Source of the DNA: Bugula neritina
Lineage: Eukaryota > Animalia > Bryozoa
Assembly: GCA_964035545.1 (NCBI GenBank)
Contig: OZ037772.1
Coordinates: 9,355,150-9,419,149, forward strand
Length of the DNA stretch: 64,000 bases
Reading direction: 5' to 3'
Part shown: positions 13,184-25,907 of the stretch, one piece after another
Layout: every line of letters begins with the position of its first letter
Position numbering within the stretch: position 1 is the first letter of the stretch
Notes under the pieces: model-generated
The model's input: the letters and a program-made list of their open reading frames with translations, nothing else
What the model was told of the DNA's origin: nothing
Database searches by the model: none
Program-made: the position numbers and the translations under genes

Positions 13184-14241
13184 TCATTGGGTGGACTCTG
13201 ATTCTTGTAGCGATCGTGCTCTGTGTCGAGCCTGTCGGGCACGTAGCCGCCTCTTCAGTCGCCCCACTGAGTCCTTCAACTGGTATAGACCTGTCGTCGT
13301 ATCCAGCAGGTCAGGGGCAAGTTGTGTGAACTCGGCTTGTAGTCTTACAAGCCGCTCTTCTACATTAGCCAGCTGGCTAGGCCTTGGCGGGGTTGTAGTA
13401 GTCTCTGTTAGAGGGGGTATTGTTGTTTCTTCTACTTCTGGGGTGTTGCTAGGGTTGACGGGGGTAGGAGACGGGCCCTGAACCATAGGGGACTTATGGC
13501 GGGCGGATAGCAGCAGTACGTGGAACCCTGACGCTAGTGCGGCCAGGGTGATAGCCTTCCTGATGACTGGCTTGATGGCATCCAGGTATAGGGGGAAACT
13601 GTCCTCATCAACAGTGTGGTTCTCTCCGGCGAAGCAGCTCAGCTTATGTACTGTCACGGGATACGGGTAGACGTCGTGGAACCCGCAGGGACAGAAGTGG
13701 AGTAGGAAATGGGCGTCTACATGTAAACGCAGGGAGCGGTGTGACGGGCACTCCTCAAAGCAGACCTGGCAGGTTCGGTGGGGTCCACTGGGTCCCCAGG
13801 CTTCCTCAATTCTCCTTTCCGTCGTGGGTGACACCCAACGGTGTCGTCGACGGAGCACCACGGGTATGCCATTCTCCATGACAGGCTCCTCTTCCATAGG
13901 CAGAGAGGTTGGCTGGTCCCGTGACCGGGAGGTGGTCACTCGAGTGTGATCTGAAAGAGTAGCAGTGTTAAAGATTATACACTGAGGTACCGTCGGCGTG
14001 TACAGCCTGACCGGTACTCTGTTCAGTTACACTCGTGAGATTCAGGCTAATGAATAGTTGATGGAGAACACACTCGCTATGACAGATTATTTAAAATCAA
14101 AGTCGACGTGTATTCCCACCACTGTTTATCATTATCGAATCTCCAGCTCGCTAGCTAGTGTAGCTAAAGCTGACTGATGCAGTCTAGTTATCGTACCAAA
14201 AACATAATTAACTCACCCTTCGATCCAGAATAGTAAGACAT
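13184..14241 (-). CDS. Two-exon accessory gene of Gypsy 2: C2H2 + C2HC zinc fingers, Pro/Thr linker, coiled coil and basic tail (~263 aa)
   Basis: Exon 1 14241-14217 (AAA ATG, MSYYSGSK+G), donor GTGAGT 14216-14211, acceptor CTCTTTCAG ending 13951, exon 2 13950-13184 in matching phase (ORF track 13184-13939). Confidence 0.75.
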
Positions 14242-14264
14242 TTTGGAATGAGAGCGGTAAATGA

Positions 14265-16522
14265 TTACTGTTTACTGGCACGTCTACTCTTGACTGCATC
14301 AACATAGGAAAAGACCGGACAGCGTGGTTGTGAAACGTGACTAGGGCTTTTCACTTCCAGCGGATGAATCTCGTGTGAGATTCCGCCGAGGCAAAAGTTG
14401 AGATTCTCGTGGTGATCACAACTCCCACGGCTCTTTGCCTGTTTTCCCATGCGAGGCCTCTCTAGACTTTCGTTACTGCCGCTTATACCGCGGTCACGTA
14501 CACAGTCTCTGAGACACGCTGGAAGTTGCCTAGTGTGTGGTCCTGGTCCTACGTTGGTATCTCCTTGCGGAGCCCCTCCTACGGGGGGTTTTTGCACTTC
14601 CGGACCTGTTTCTGGTTCCGGAAGTGGTGATGATGGCAGGCTTGACGTTGGGGGCGGTGGGCGCACTTTCAAGGACGGAAGTGGCCTTTCTCGCCTCGCC
14701 AAGTCTTCCTGACGTGTCATGGAGGTGTTTCCGGCCAGGTTGACAGTCTCCGCCTGCCGAGACCTTCTCGCACAATGCGTCTGCCGCCCCGCTTCACCAG
14801 GGAGACGGCTATGCTTGTTGGTCCGGCAGACTTTGCACCGTCTCACTCTGCGTCGGATATCCCGTTCCATGTTGGGCCAGTACCACCGGAGTTGTAGCTT
14901 GGTGACCACCCCTTGGACTCCTCCGTGAGTCTCCTCGTGGGTGTCTTGTATCAACTTCCGGCGGATGGTAACTGGGCAGACAACCCTCTTCCTGGCTGGC
15001 TGTCTGCTGTTGGCGGCCAAGGTCATGGTCAGCAGACCATCTGGCCCGACCCGCAGAGAGCTCCAACGTTGACAGTACAGCCGTAACTCGGCGCATCCCT
15101 GTCGCCGTTGTTTACTACTGGGTCGTCGCCCTTCCTGTTTCGCTCGGTACACGTCGGCTACCACCCCAGGAAGGCATTCCTGGAGCTTCGGCAGCTCCCT
15201 AACGTTACCAGCCCATACAGGTTTGGCGCGGAGGCTCTGGACAGCCTCCGGGGGCGTGTCAGCCCTCTGTTGGAGTAGCTGAGCAGGGGCGGTCCTCGCC
15301 GCCCGTGGTACCTCACGACAGCCTGCTCTATTTAGGCGGGCTCCGTGGTCTGTGTGGCGGAACGCCTCACTGTACCCATGTGGCAACCTAGCCATAGCCT
15401 GGCGCTTCCCGTTGCTTGTGCAGCCACGCGTCCCTGGAGGAGGGAGGGGTGGGTTGGGACGGTCCTCCGCCCTCGAGACGGGCTCTGCTGAGGACCTTCC
15501 GTCGTAGCTCCCGACGACGACCCAATGGCTTCCTCCTGGACAGGATGGAAGCGACCCAGCATGGATCTGGGTGGTAGGTCTACTGTCTCTGAGAAGGGGT
15601 TGACACACTGCACTGAGATCTCTCCTTGTCCCGTAAGCCGGCTAAAGCTATGGGCAAGTTGGACTCTCGAGTGCGTACTTTCGACAACTCTCAACTTAGA
15701 GGTTTGGCCACCGTCTACCTTGCAGCGGACGGTAGCCCGGGAGTGGCCTGGTATAGTACAGCTCCGTACTACCTGCACTGCTCCCGCTAGAGGACGACCA
15801 AACTTATCGACACAAGCGAGCTCCTTGTCGCCCATGATCATCGCAGATTTACTGAGATCGATGCGACAACCGTGTCGTTGTAAGAATGGCATCCCGAGGA
15901 TAGCATCCTCGTTGAGCTGCCCGACGATAAACGTCTCTTGGATGGCCTGGTTACGGACGTAACCAGTTAGCTCAATAATGCCGTAGAAGGGAATGCACGA
16001 CCCGTCTGCCAGGGTGCCATGATCCCCCTCATACGGTGCCAACCCGTCCTTGACCTTAGCGCTGAGGGTGTCAAAGAACTGACGGCTAAGGAGGTTGGTG
16101 GTGCAGCCTGAGTCCAGGAGGAAGTTGGCAGGCTTGCCGGCTAGCTTTTCTGGTAGGAAGTAGCTACTTCCGTGTGGCTGCAATTGTGTATGCCGTGGTT
16201 GCACCTCCCTCGCTGTGGCTCGAGGGGTCCACGGTTGGCGGCGACTATTGACCAGCTGCCGAGGTTGGGGCGGTACGCCTTGCGGCGCCTGTACCGTATC
16301 CCTCGCAGGCTCTGTGGTCAACCGTCTGCCGGCTCCGTGTTGGTGCTGGAGTGGCGTAGAGGACCCAGGCGGCGAGTGGCTTGAGCCTACTTGCCGCGGG
16401 GGTCGCCACTTCACAGCATCTCCGCGCGGCGCCCAGCGGGGCGACAGACGCGCGGGCCTCCCTGGGTGATTCACAGACGGCCCGCAGGAGGTGGGAACAT
16501 CTGCGGGCCGTGGTAGTTTAAC
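14265..16522 (-). pseudogene. pol: Internally deleted pol of Gypsy 2: protease and integrase HHCC domain only
   Basis: Protease LLDSGC; frame change near 15430; then joined directly to the pre-IN linker and H-x3-H...C-x2-C. RT, RNase H and the DDE core are absent compared with ORF 54647-58543. Confidence 0.88.
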
Positions 16523-17421
16523 CCTTGTGGGAGCTGAGGGCAGTTCCTCTGGAAATGTCCTGGCCTTCCGCATCCCCAGCAGAAGTGGTGCCCCATGCCT
16601 GGTGATTGTACCTGCGGCCCGCAAGGCTCACGGGCAGTATCTACCTGGCCTGGGGAAGCTAATGTGGTGACCAGTTTATCTAGCATGTCGGTCATCTGTG
16701 CGACTTTTGACGCTAGTGACATCTGGTTCACATTAGCCACCGCGGAGGGTTCCGCGTTTGGTTCGGCGTGAGCAGTAGTGTGCTCCGTGGTCACCTGGCG
16801 GGAGGCCACGCGGTTGCGGTGCATATGAGTCGCCAAGAGGTAGGCTTCTCCCACCGCAAGTGCATCTTCGACTGTGGTGACTCCTCTTGCTTGGAATTGA
16901 TGGTGGAGCCCCAAGTCGTTGATGGACTGCACGAAGGCATCATAAGTATACCTCTCACGGTGTACTGGAGGCAGATCGCGGAACGCGATCTGCGCTAGTG
17001 GGTACACCGTGGCAGCGTGCTCTTCTAGCGACGTGTGAGGATCACGCCGCATCCTTTGTAGACGGGCCCGCGCATCAATGGGAGAGATGCCAAAACGGGC
17101 CCACAGAGAAGCAAAGATTCCGTCTATGTCAGGTCCCGCTCCGTACGGCTTAGCTTTGCCCGCCAGCGCCATCCTGAGCTTTAGCAACGCCACCCTTGGT
17201 GGCCACTCTGCAATCTCCATCACATCTTGGAATTCTTGGATAAACTGCTCCACTGCTTCTTCGCCGGTGAAGGTGGGCACCTTCAGCCGGTATCTGTCTT
17301 CACCATGCTCTCTAAAAATTCTCACTTCTTCATCTAACACCACTGGTTCCACAGGTATATCAACATTATCTCTCTCACCTTCATTCAGTGGAACGGGTAG
17401 CTCCGTGCCGTCTTCTGCCAT
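16471..17421 (-). CDS. gag: Gag of Gypsy 2
   Basis: Uninterrupted ORF with PTFTGEEAVEQF and CCHC knuckle CWGCGRPGHFQRNC. Confidence 0.92.
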   Translation of the reverse strand: MAEDGTELPVPLNEGERDNVDIPVEPVVLDEEVRIFREHGEDRYRLKVPTFTGEEAVEQFIQEFQDVMEIAEWPPRVALLKLRMALAGKAKPYGAGPDIDGIFASLWARFGISPIDARARLQRMRRDPHTSLEEHAATVYPLAQIAFRDLPPVHRERYTYDAFVQSINDLGLHHQFQARGVTTVEDALAVGEAYLLATHMHRNRVASRQVTTEHTTAHAEPNAEPSAVANVNQMSLASKVAQMTDMLDKLVTTLASPGQVDTAREPCGPQVQSPGMGHHFCWGCGRPGHFQRNCPQLPQGLNYHGPQMFPPPAGRL

Positions 17422-18232
17422 GACTGCTATACGCAAGATCCCACCGCTGCCACCACTGTAGTAATTTGTGCAATTACTGTGCGTGAGTTATCTACTTGCG
17501 TATAGTTAGTTAGTTATCCTGCTAGTAATTACTAGGGTAGCTGTCGAGTAATTATATTTATTATCCACAATAAAGCATAAAATAAACATCACATCAAATT
17601 ATCCTAAACATCAGTCAACTACTAATACATGTTTCTCCTTCAAGCCTCCGCTTACAACAACGTGATATAATGTTAATAGCCCGGGAAGTGTCACGTGAAT
17701 CGGAAGCATATCTTTCGGAGCTGCTAATTGGTTGCTACATAAGGGCTAAGTATTCCAAGAGTAGGGAGAGGGCGATTCCCGTATTTGTACTTTGCACTAC
17801 TCACTACAATAGCACGCATGCATACTTGTATTATATAATTAGCTTGAATGATTACAGAAATACAATGTAATACACCCTAGTGAAATAATTTTCTTTTTAA
17901 AGCTAGATTTCAATGAAACAGAATATGCAACCCTATAATGAAACCCAAATTATGCCCTAGTGTTTACTCAACAAGATAGTTGCAAAAAATAAATTGCTAA
18001 AGGTGAAACAATATTGGTCATGCAATAAAAGCTGAATTCAAACATCACACATATGTACATAATTTAAGCATCAATCAAGTTAAGTAAACAAAAAAAATAA
18101 TAAATGCATTGTATTTGTTGCATAGTAAATTGTGTTTTCAAAACTTGCAATTTTGAAAATATAATATTATAGTATTGGCCATTCACATTGATAGTATACT
18201 GATTGGACTTGGCTCTAACTCATCACTTCTTT

Positions 18233-21200
18233 TCAAGTTACTCTAAACAAAGACAACTTCTTCTCATTCCAACCAGGTACAGCTATTACTCCATCTCTAA
18301 TACTTGGTACTCCTGCAAATCGTGATGGTAGTCTGTCGTGAGAAAGTGTTTGAAGTAACTCACCTGTAAAAGAGAAAGCTTGTTCAGTTTATAAAACTTG
18401 CAGTTGAGCACCATAATGAAAGCATCATAATTAAGTAAAGATCTATATATATATATATTATTAGTAATTAGGTAATCATCATGACAAGTAACAAAACATG
18501 CACATAAAGAATATCAAGCCTAAACAATATATATTAAGTTTTACACACCTATAATAAAATTTCATAAGAATTAAAAAAAAATGTATAAACTATGAATGTA
18601 CAAAACAATTTCTATAATTATACTATGTTCAACATTTGTCAAAATGTATTATAAGTGATCAAACCTTGAGAAGAGACAACATATATCTTCTTTAAGAATC
18701 TGGCTGACACGTAAATGAGTCCATTAGAATCTGTACAGAGACTGTATCCATCTTCAATATCATCACATGTCCAGAGTTCAATCAGTTGTCCATTCTCTAT
18801 TTTATATTCCTGTAATTCCGCTTTGACAATTCCTAACAAATTACCATTTGGTAACAAATGTAAACCAAACTGATTGCAATAAGTTCTCTCTGTTTGCTAA
18901 GATGTGAAGTCATAAATAATCAATTGGTTAGTATCTGGATCATCTACCACAACATATCTGTCAAAGACTGTCATTACTGCAACTTTATTGCTTGTTCTGT
19001 TGAACCGAAACAGTTCTTTTCTCTTTGTGATGTCATCAACTAAACACATCTCTACCTTAGAGATGTCACCTTCTCTGTGTAGTATGAATACATTCTGATG
19101 ATGTTCAACCATTGATGTAACTAATATCACATCTGTGCTGCACAAACTCAGCCGATTCTCACCTCCACAGAGGACATATAATCCATTACTTGTACCTACT
19201 AGTAGATCTCCATTCTGCCTATAGCATGCAGCCATACATTGACTAGTCGTTTCATGTTCAGATATAAATGTCAGTGATGATGGAACTGTTACCAGACTCA
19301 CACCTAGCAAAGATGCATCTTTTTTATCTGTAATGAATAAAATATATTATTTATTATTCTAGTGCTGTTATTTAATTTTAAATTCTTGCCCTACTTGATA
19401 ACACAGTGCTACTTTCTATAATTATCTATAAGTAAACAAATCTATAGCTTAACAATTCACCAATATTATTAGAATAAGATTATCTCGCATTAGCTAAGCT
19501 AATATTTATAATGTTTAAAGAGGGTTTTGACAGCTATATATGCTATCAGCAACAGAATAGTTGCACCTACGTGTATAATTCAGCTAAGATTGCGTTAATA
19601 CATGTTTGCACGCAATAAAATTGCAACAAGTAAACTTCAGAAGCAAAACTGATGATTCGGAAATTGTCGTTTATTTATAAGTAGCTAACATGCCCTAAAT
19701 AGATGATGATATTTGACTTACAAGTGTGACATAGAGCTTGGGGTTTACTGATTGCAGGTTCATCAAGTAATACTTCACTCAGTTCTTCTGTAATTCCCTT
19801 TCTCTGCTTCACTTTCTCAGTCACATGACTATTTTGAATCAAATGATTCAACTTGATTTGAACCTTCTGCAACTCATTTCCCTTTATCATCAGGTTGTTG
19901 TAACAAGCTTCCACCTCATTGGTCACTTTTTTCTTGTGACCTATGACCTTTTTCATGAGTTCTTGACTTTCTTCTTTAATTTTCTTTATCTGTTGGAAGC
20001 ACAATAGTACATACTAAGTAAAAAATTCTTCATTAATTTTGTTCTCCACCAAAAAAAATTTTTAAACAAAATTCGTAATCTATTAAATTTGAAGTGTCTC
20101 TTAATTTCTAAACTTTTAAAGCTGTTTATGAATATTTTGGCAAAAACTTATTTTTTACGAACATCCAGAAAGTTGGCAGAACAAAACTTTTCAAATTTTG
20201 TGTCTAAATAAAATTATTAATGATTACAATCTAATTATAAGTTAGGAAATTAATGACTACATTTTTTCTGCTAAAGAATATGATTAATGACGAGAAATCT
20301 AATCATTTTTAATGTGCTATTTGTTGAGTTATTATATATAAGTTTCAAATTAAAAAGTAAACTGCTGCATTGTAACTAGAAAGACAAAAGAAAAGATTTC
20401 ACACTCACTCTTTCTTTCCTCAACTTGCGTATCTGCCTTACAAGTTTTTCACATGTCTGTTCCTGGTCATCCAGTTCTCTCCAAATATTCTTGTCCAGAT
20501 CATAGACTTTATTTATCTTTTCTGTTGCAGTCTGAAGTTGAGTCTGTAGATATGTATTCATCTCCTCTTGCAGAGAGGAAAGAGACTTGAAGTTATGTTG
20601 ATCATCATCTACACAAAAGCAATAATATTGCAGTTATACTTTTTCTTGGAGGTTCAATGAAGTCTATCTTTATAGTAAACAAATACCAAAATGTTTGCTC
20701 TATATATTTTGTAGCTATATAGTTTGAATATAATCAATTGTTTTAATTAATGTAGACTATACTCTAATATATATGAATATTATTTTTATTTCTCCACAAT
20801 AATCTGAAGGATAATATTTAATAATACCTGTACAGTCTGTGCCATAAACATCACATTCATTACATATCAATCTGTCACATTTCTTGCAAGCTTTCATTAG
20901 AATCTCTTCGTGCTGTTCACACACTGGTTTGGTATACTTGGTTGGTGATTGCTTGTACACTTCAATGTTTATTTCCATGTGAGATTCTTTGTAGAGAGAT
21001 TCGTGATGCTGACAAAAATATATTAAACTGTTGTAATTGTGTATATTGGCGGGAAAATTCAATACAACACAATTTAGTAAAAAGGTGATTGATTTAAAAC
21101 AAGTTCACGGATAGCGTGTAAAATAAATCAGATATAGTGGGAGAATTATTTTTTATATTTCATATATTGATTGAATTAACGGTTTAGTATAATTGACTGG

Positions 21201-22035
21201 TGCTTGGTACAACTCAATGTCTATTTTGTTATGAAAGTCTCTGCAGAGAGTTCTATGTGCTAAAATATGATAGGCAACTGTTACATGCTGTTGGCAAGGA
21301 TGAATAGTTTATTTGCCTTCAACTCTTTAAAATTGTGTGTATGCAAATTTATGATGGCTATAGCCATCATAAATTTGCATCAAAACTATACCTGTGAACC
21401 ATGCATGCAGTAACATACAAAGCTTTGCCATTATATCTAAAAATTATTACCTTTTGATGGTCAGTGCAGAATTTGTCTCCACATGTAATACAAAAGCAAA
21501 TGGCCATTTGACCTTGACATCCATAAGCTGTACAATACAAAGTATCCAGGTCAGACTTGCCATCTTCTGTTTCAACTTTTTGCAGTTCTTCAGAGTTGAG
21601 GGTTTCATGTACTTCCCTGCATAATAAACTGCATTGTGCATGATATATATTTTAATTTCCTAAAGTGATTAGATAATTTTTTGTGTTCTCCATTTTTTTA
21701 GGCTTTTGATTTGTAACAGCAGAAAAACCTGATTAAGGGGAGATTGTCAGCCACTGACTGATAGAAACATTATCTTTCCACCAAATTAGATCTGTTATTG
21801 GCTGTGAACTATAAAAGTTGTAGATATGTAAGCCATCAGCTATCTATAAATATAATTCACTATATACTCACCCACAAGTAGGGCAGGTCACAGAGCCATG
21901 TAGGTTGTAGTATCCTTCAATACAACTCAAACAGAATACATGCTGACAAGGCAGCTCTCTTGGATCTATCATAGACTCTGTTCTAGATGCACAGAAACCA
22001 CATTCGTAGTCTGAGGGTAGGTGTTGGGCAGCCAT
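18233..22035 (-). pseudogene. TRIM-like gene copy B with a nonsense codon in the propeller exon
   Basis: All 7 coding exons are present with GT-AG sites. TAG at 18897-18899 where paralogs have Gln; the reading frame resumes after it (ORF 18639-18857). Confidence 0.85.
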
Positions 22036-22904
22036 ATTGATCAGTTTATTATGATGATGAAGTTAAAGCCTACAAAATACTTCCAATTATATTTGTATCA
22101 ATACTGTAGCAACTAGCAAGAAATGATTTTGAGCCAAGTCAAAAACAAAATGCCAGAAACAAATAACTTCATTCAAATGAAGTTTATTATTCTTGAAACT
22201 GAAATTACAACATAAGTTTTACGATCATGTTCAAACACTGGAAAACTATGTAAAGCAGCAAATATGATATTTTTGTATTATTATATTATATATCATTTCT
22301 TATATGATCCTAAATTATATAAATGACATACTCTTGCTGTAAACATGCCTAGGGGTTTCTATAATAGTATATTACAAGTATGGTATAGTATTTATGTTAT
22401 ATAATGTGTGGACTGCAACAAATTATATATAAATTCCTTGTTAGGAATCACTAGTGATAGCCAATATGTGCCAAATACAAGTAGATGTCCAAATAAACTC
22501 CTTTGGCAAAAAATTGACTATGACATATAACAGAAGCATATTGTGATTGCTAGCTCTAAATAAAAAAAGAGAGTTTAAAGTAAGCAGTAAAGGTGTAGTC
22601 ATTGTTTAGTTCTATGGCCAAGAGAGGAGATTTCCAATCTACTAATATTAAACACAAGTATGCTATAACTAGACAAAGCTGGTGAAATGTATACAACAGT
22701 GATATATTGAACTCATTACCACTACTACAATTTCAAACAAAATAAAAATACATATTCATAAATTTCATAAAAGGTTCACTTCACAGCTATGTAAATAAAA
22801 TGTGCTACAACAACTAATTAACTACACAATGCAATGCGGTGTCTATAATTAGTAGTTCCAAACTGAATAGTTTATATACTACTCAAGACTGAATGAATAG
22901 CTAA

Positions 22905-23360
22905 ATACTAATACTACTATTACTAGTACTACTACTACCAAAACTACTGCTATTACTGCTGCTACAACTACTACTGCTACTACTATACTAGGCCTACCAC
23001 TACTACTGCTATTACTTCTGCTAGTACTGCTATAATGCTAGCACTACCACCACCACTAGTACTACCACTACCACTAGTACTACCACTGCTAATAGTACTA
23101 CTACTACTGCTACTACTACTACTACTACTAGCTGACAATATCAATATGAATATTACTATCAGTATCATACTCTTACAAAACAAATATTACCAGTAGTTTA
23201 AGTATAAGTAACACTGCATTACTATTAGTATTACTATTACTATTACTGAGTATTAGCAGCACTATTGCTATTAGATTTAGTATTACTATTGATATTAGTA
23301 TTAGAAATACTGTACACAAGTGATGTACTACTACTAGTAGTAGTACTACGCTGAGCCTCA
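22905..23360. repeat. (CTA)/(TAC)-rich low-complexity tract in putative 5'UTR intron; paralog at ~40795-41260
   Basis: Degenerate trinucleotide repeats, duplicated with the flanking DNA. Confidence 0.85.
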
Positions 23361-23838
23361 TGTACTAATAGTAATGCTTATACTTATAGTTATATTATAA
23401 TTATTATTTATATAATACTATTATCATTATGATTATTAATATTATTAATACTAATTCTAATAGTAATACTAATAGCAAACTCGCACATTTTCATTTTGCA
23501 TTATGATTAATGTATCAGTTGATATTAACTAACAACAGACACAAACTATACACTATACCAGAAAACTAATATTCAACAATATAATGTAGTTCAACTACTC
23601 ACCGGTTAAATTGATAATTGATGATAACTAACAAGCAGTATGAGTATGACTATTCCGTGAAATTGAATACAATAACTCAGCTGTTGGTCAGTTCGATCTC
23701 TTCATGAGTATCAAAGCAAATGCAAATTGAAATACAGTACTCGGCACTACAGCCTTGGTTCCTAGTTGTTAGTAGTTTTCTACGTGTATTTACACTGATG
23801 TGAAGCTTTCAATGCAGCTATTGATTTAAGGCTAGAAA

Positions 23839-23924
23839 GGGGAAGTCCCTAGTTATTGCGATACGGAGAACCCACTTGAAAGCGGTAGTACTAAATGTTT
23901 AGCTCAGTATCAAGGGGAAGTCCC
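23839..23924. promoter_or_regulatory. Pair of kappaB-like sites upstream of copy B
   Basis: GGGGAAGTCCC at 23839-23849 and 23914-23924; the reverse complement GGGACTTCCC fits GGGRNYYYCC. A putative first-exon donor (GTGAGT) is at ~23597-23602. Confidence 0.55.
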
Positions 23925-24698
23925 TAACTTATCACATGATTAACCTCAGGGTTCAGTAGCAGCTATACTATAGTAATAAGCGTATGTAATTTGCTGATGA
24001 TAGGCATTACTATAGTGGAGTATTTCAGTGAAAAAAACACCTATCACGCTATGACAGGCTCACTTAGTATAGGCCTAAGTTACATTATAATACATCATTG
24101 TCTGAAAACAATTATGATGATAGTAACACTATTGATTTTGACTACTAACTGCTGATATTACTGCTGTTGCTGCTGCTACTACTAGCAGTAGTAGTGGAGC
24201 TACTATAACTGTATATTATACGGAGATGATATACTATATTTTAAGTATAGCCTATATACTAAGCTGGTATAGGCTACTGTAAATAGATGATATATACTGT
24301 ATAATATAATAAGGTGATATTGCTGCATACAACAAGCTCATTTGTTTTATTTATTCCACAAAGTTCAGACAAAATGTGTTATAATAACTCAACACCAAAC
24401 TGAATAATACAACAATTTACTGCATTGAACTGTTTCACTTACTAAACTAATACAAAGTAAAGCATAACATCATGAATTTTAGTTTGTGAGCAAAATGTTA
24501 AAAATAAGAAACTATTATTGCTTTAACATTTTCTTGGCACTTTTCAGAAATTAATATTTTAATGCAAAATATGATGATGAAACAATACAAAGTATACACA
24601 TACTTGAGAGTGCTGGTTTTTTATAGCTCATGGAGTGTGTTAGAAAGACCAGACAAGTTTAGCTTTAGGCAAACTTCAATCGATTTATGATACACAAA

Positions 24699-25320
<622 letters not shown>

Positions 25321-25907
25321 TTAAAAAAATATGCTTTTAAAAATACTAAAATTATGCGAAATATTCCATAGTGATTTGCAGTTTTACAGATAGCTTGAAG
25401 ATGTATTTATTTTTTACTAAACTACATTACAATTCAAACCAAAATTGCATATTTTCGTCTATTTAAACAAGGAATGACTTATAGATCAATGAAACATAAA
25501 TTGCCCTCTGAACACAGACCTTCTAACGCAATGATAAACTCTGTAAATAGTGACAATTAGTTAAAAGTATGAGAAAAAGAGTGCAGGTGTAATGAAGATA
25601 TAAACCATTTTATTACTAAAAATCTTGTTAATTGATAAAACAAACTGCAGTAAACAGGCAAACCTCAACATAATGGTCAGAACAAGCAATTAATAATTGC
25701 AACTCGTATAACTGACACATATATTTAGCTAGAAAATTGTTTAACGAAAAAAACTTGTCTATAAATAAATTCAAGCAGGTAGGTAGTATGAAACATAATA
25801 GTAAGTAAATTATTAATAAATCAAGTGAAATCTTGGAAGAGAAGGTCAACATGAAACTACGAACATAAATTATTGTAAACTCGCCATTCTTTCAGTCTTT
25901 ATACCCT

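Larger units (their letters stand above)
12540..17808 (-). mobile_element. Non-autonomous Ty3/Gypsy LTR retrotransposon 2 (gag, PR, IN zinc-binding remnant, accessory gene)
   Basis: 352-bp LTRs at 12540-12891 and 17457-17808 (two differences seen); TSD ATAG at 12536-12539 and 17809-17812; PBS 17438-17455; G-rich PPT from 12892. Confidence 0.96.

Noticed and set aside
13184-13939. Accessory ORF as an env gene
   Set aside because: No signal peptide or C-terminal transmembrane anchor; the short hydrophobic stretch (AITLAALASGFHVLLL) is central and the Cys/His spacing fits zinc fingers.
22983-23361. Ser/Gly-rich and hydrophobic ORFs resembling a secreted or membrane peptide (also 40897-41385)
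   Set aside because: They derive from degenerate CTA repeats, have non-ATG starts and no splice support; recurrence reflects the segmental duplication.
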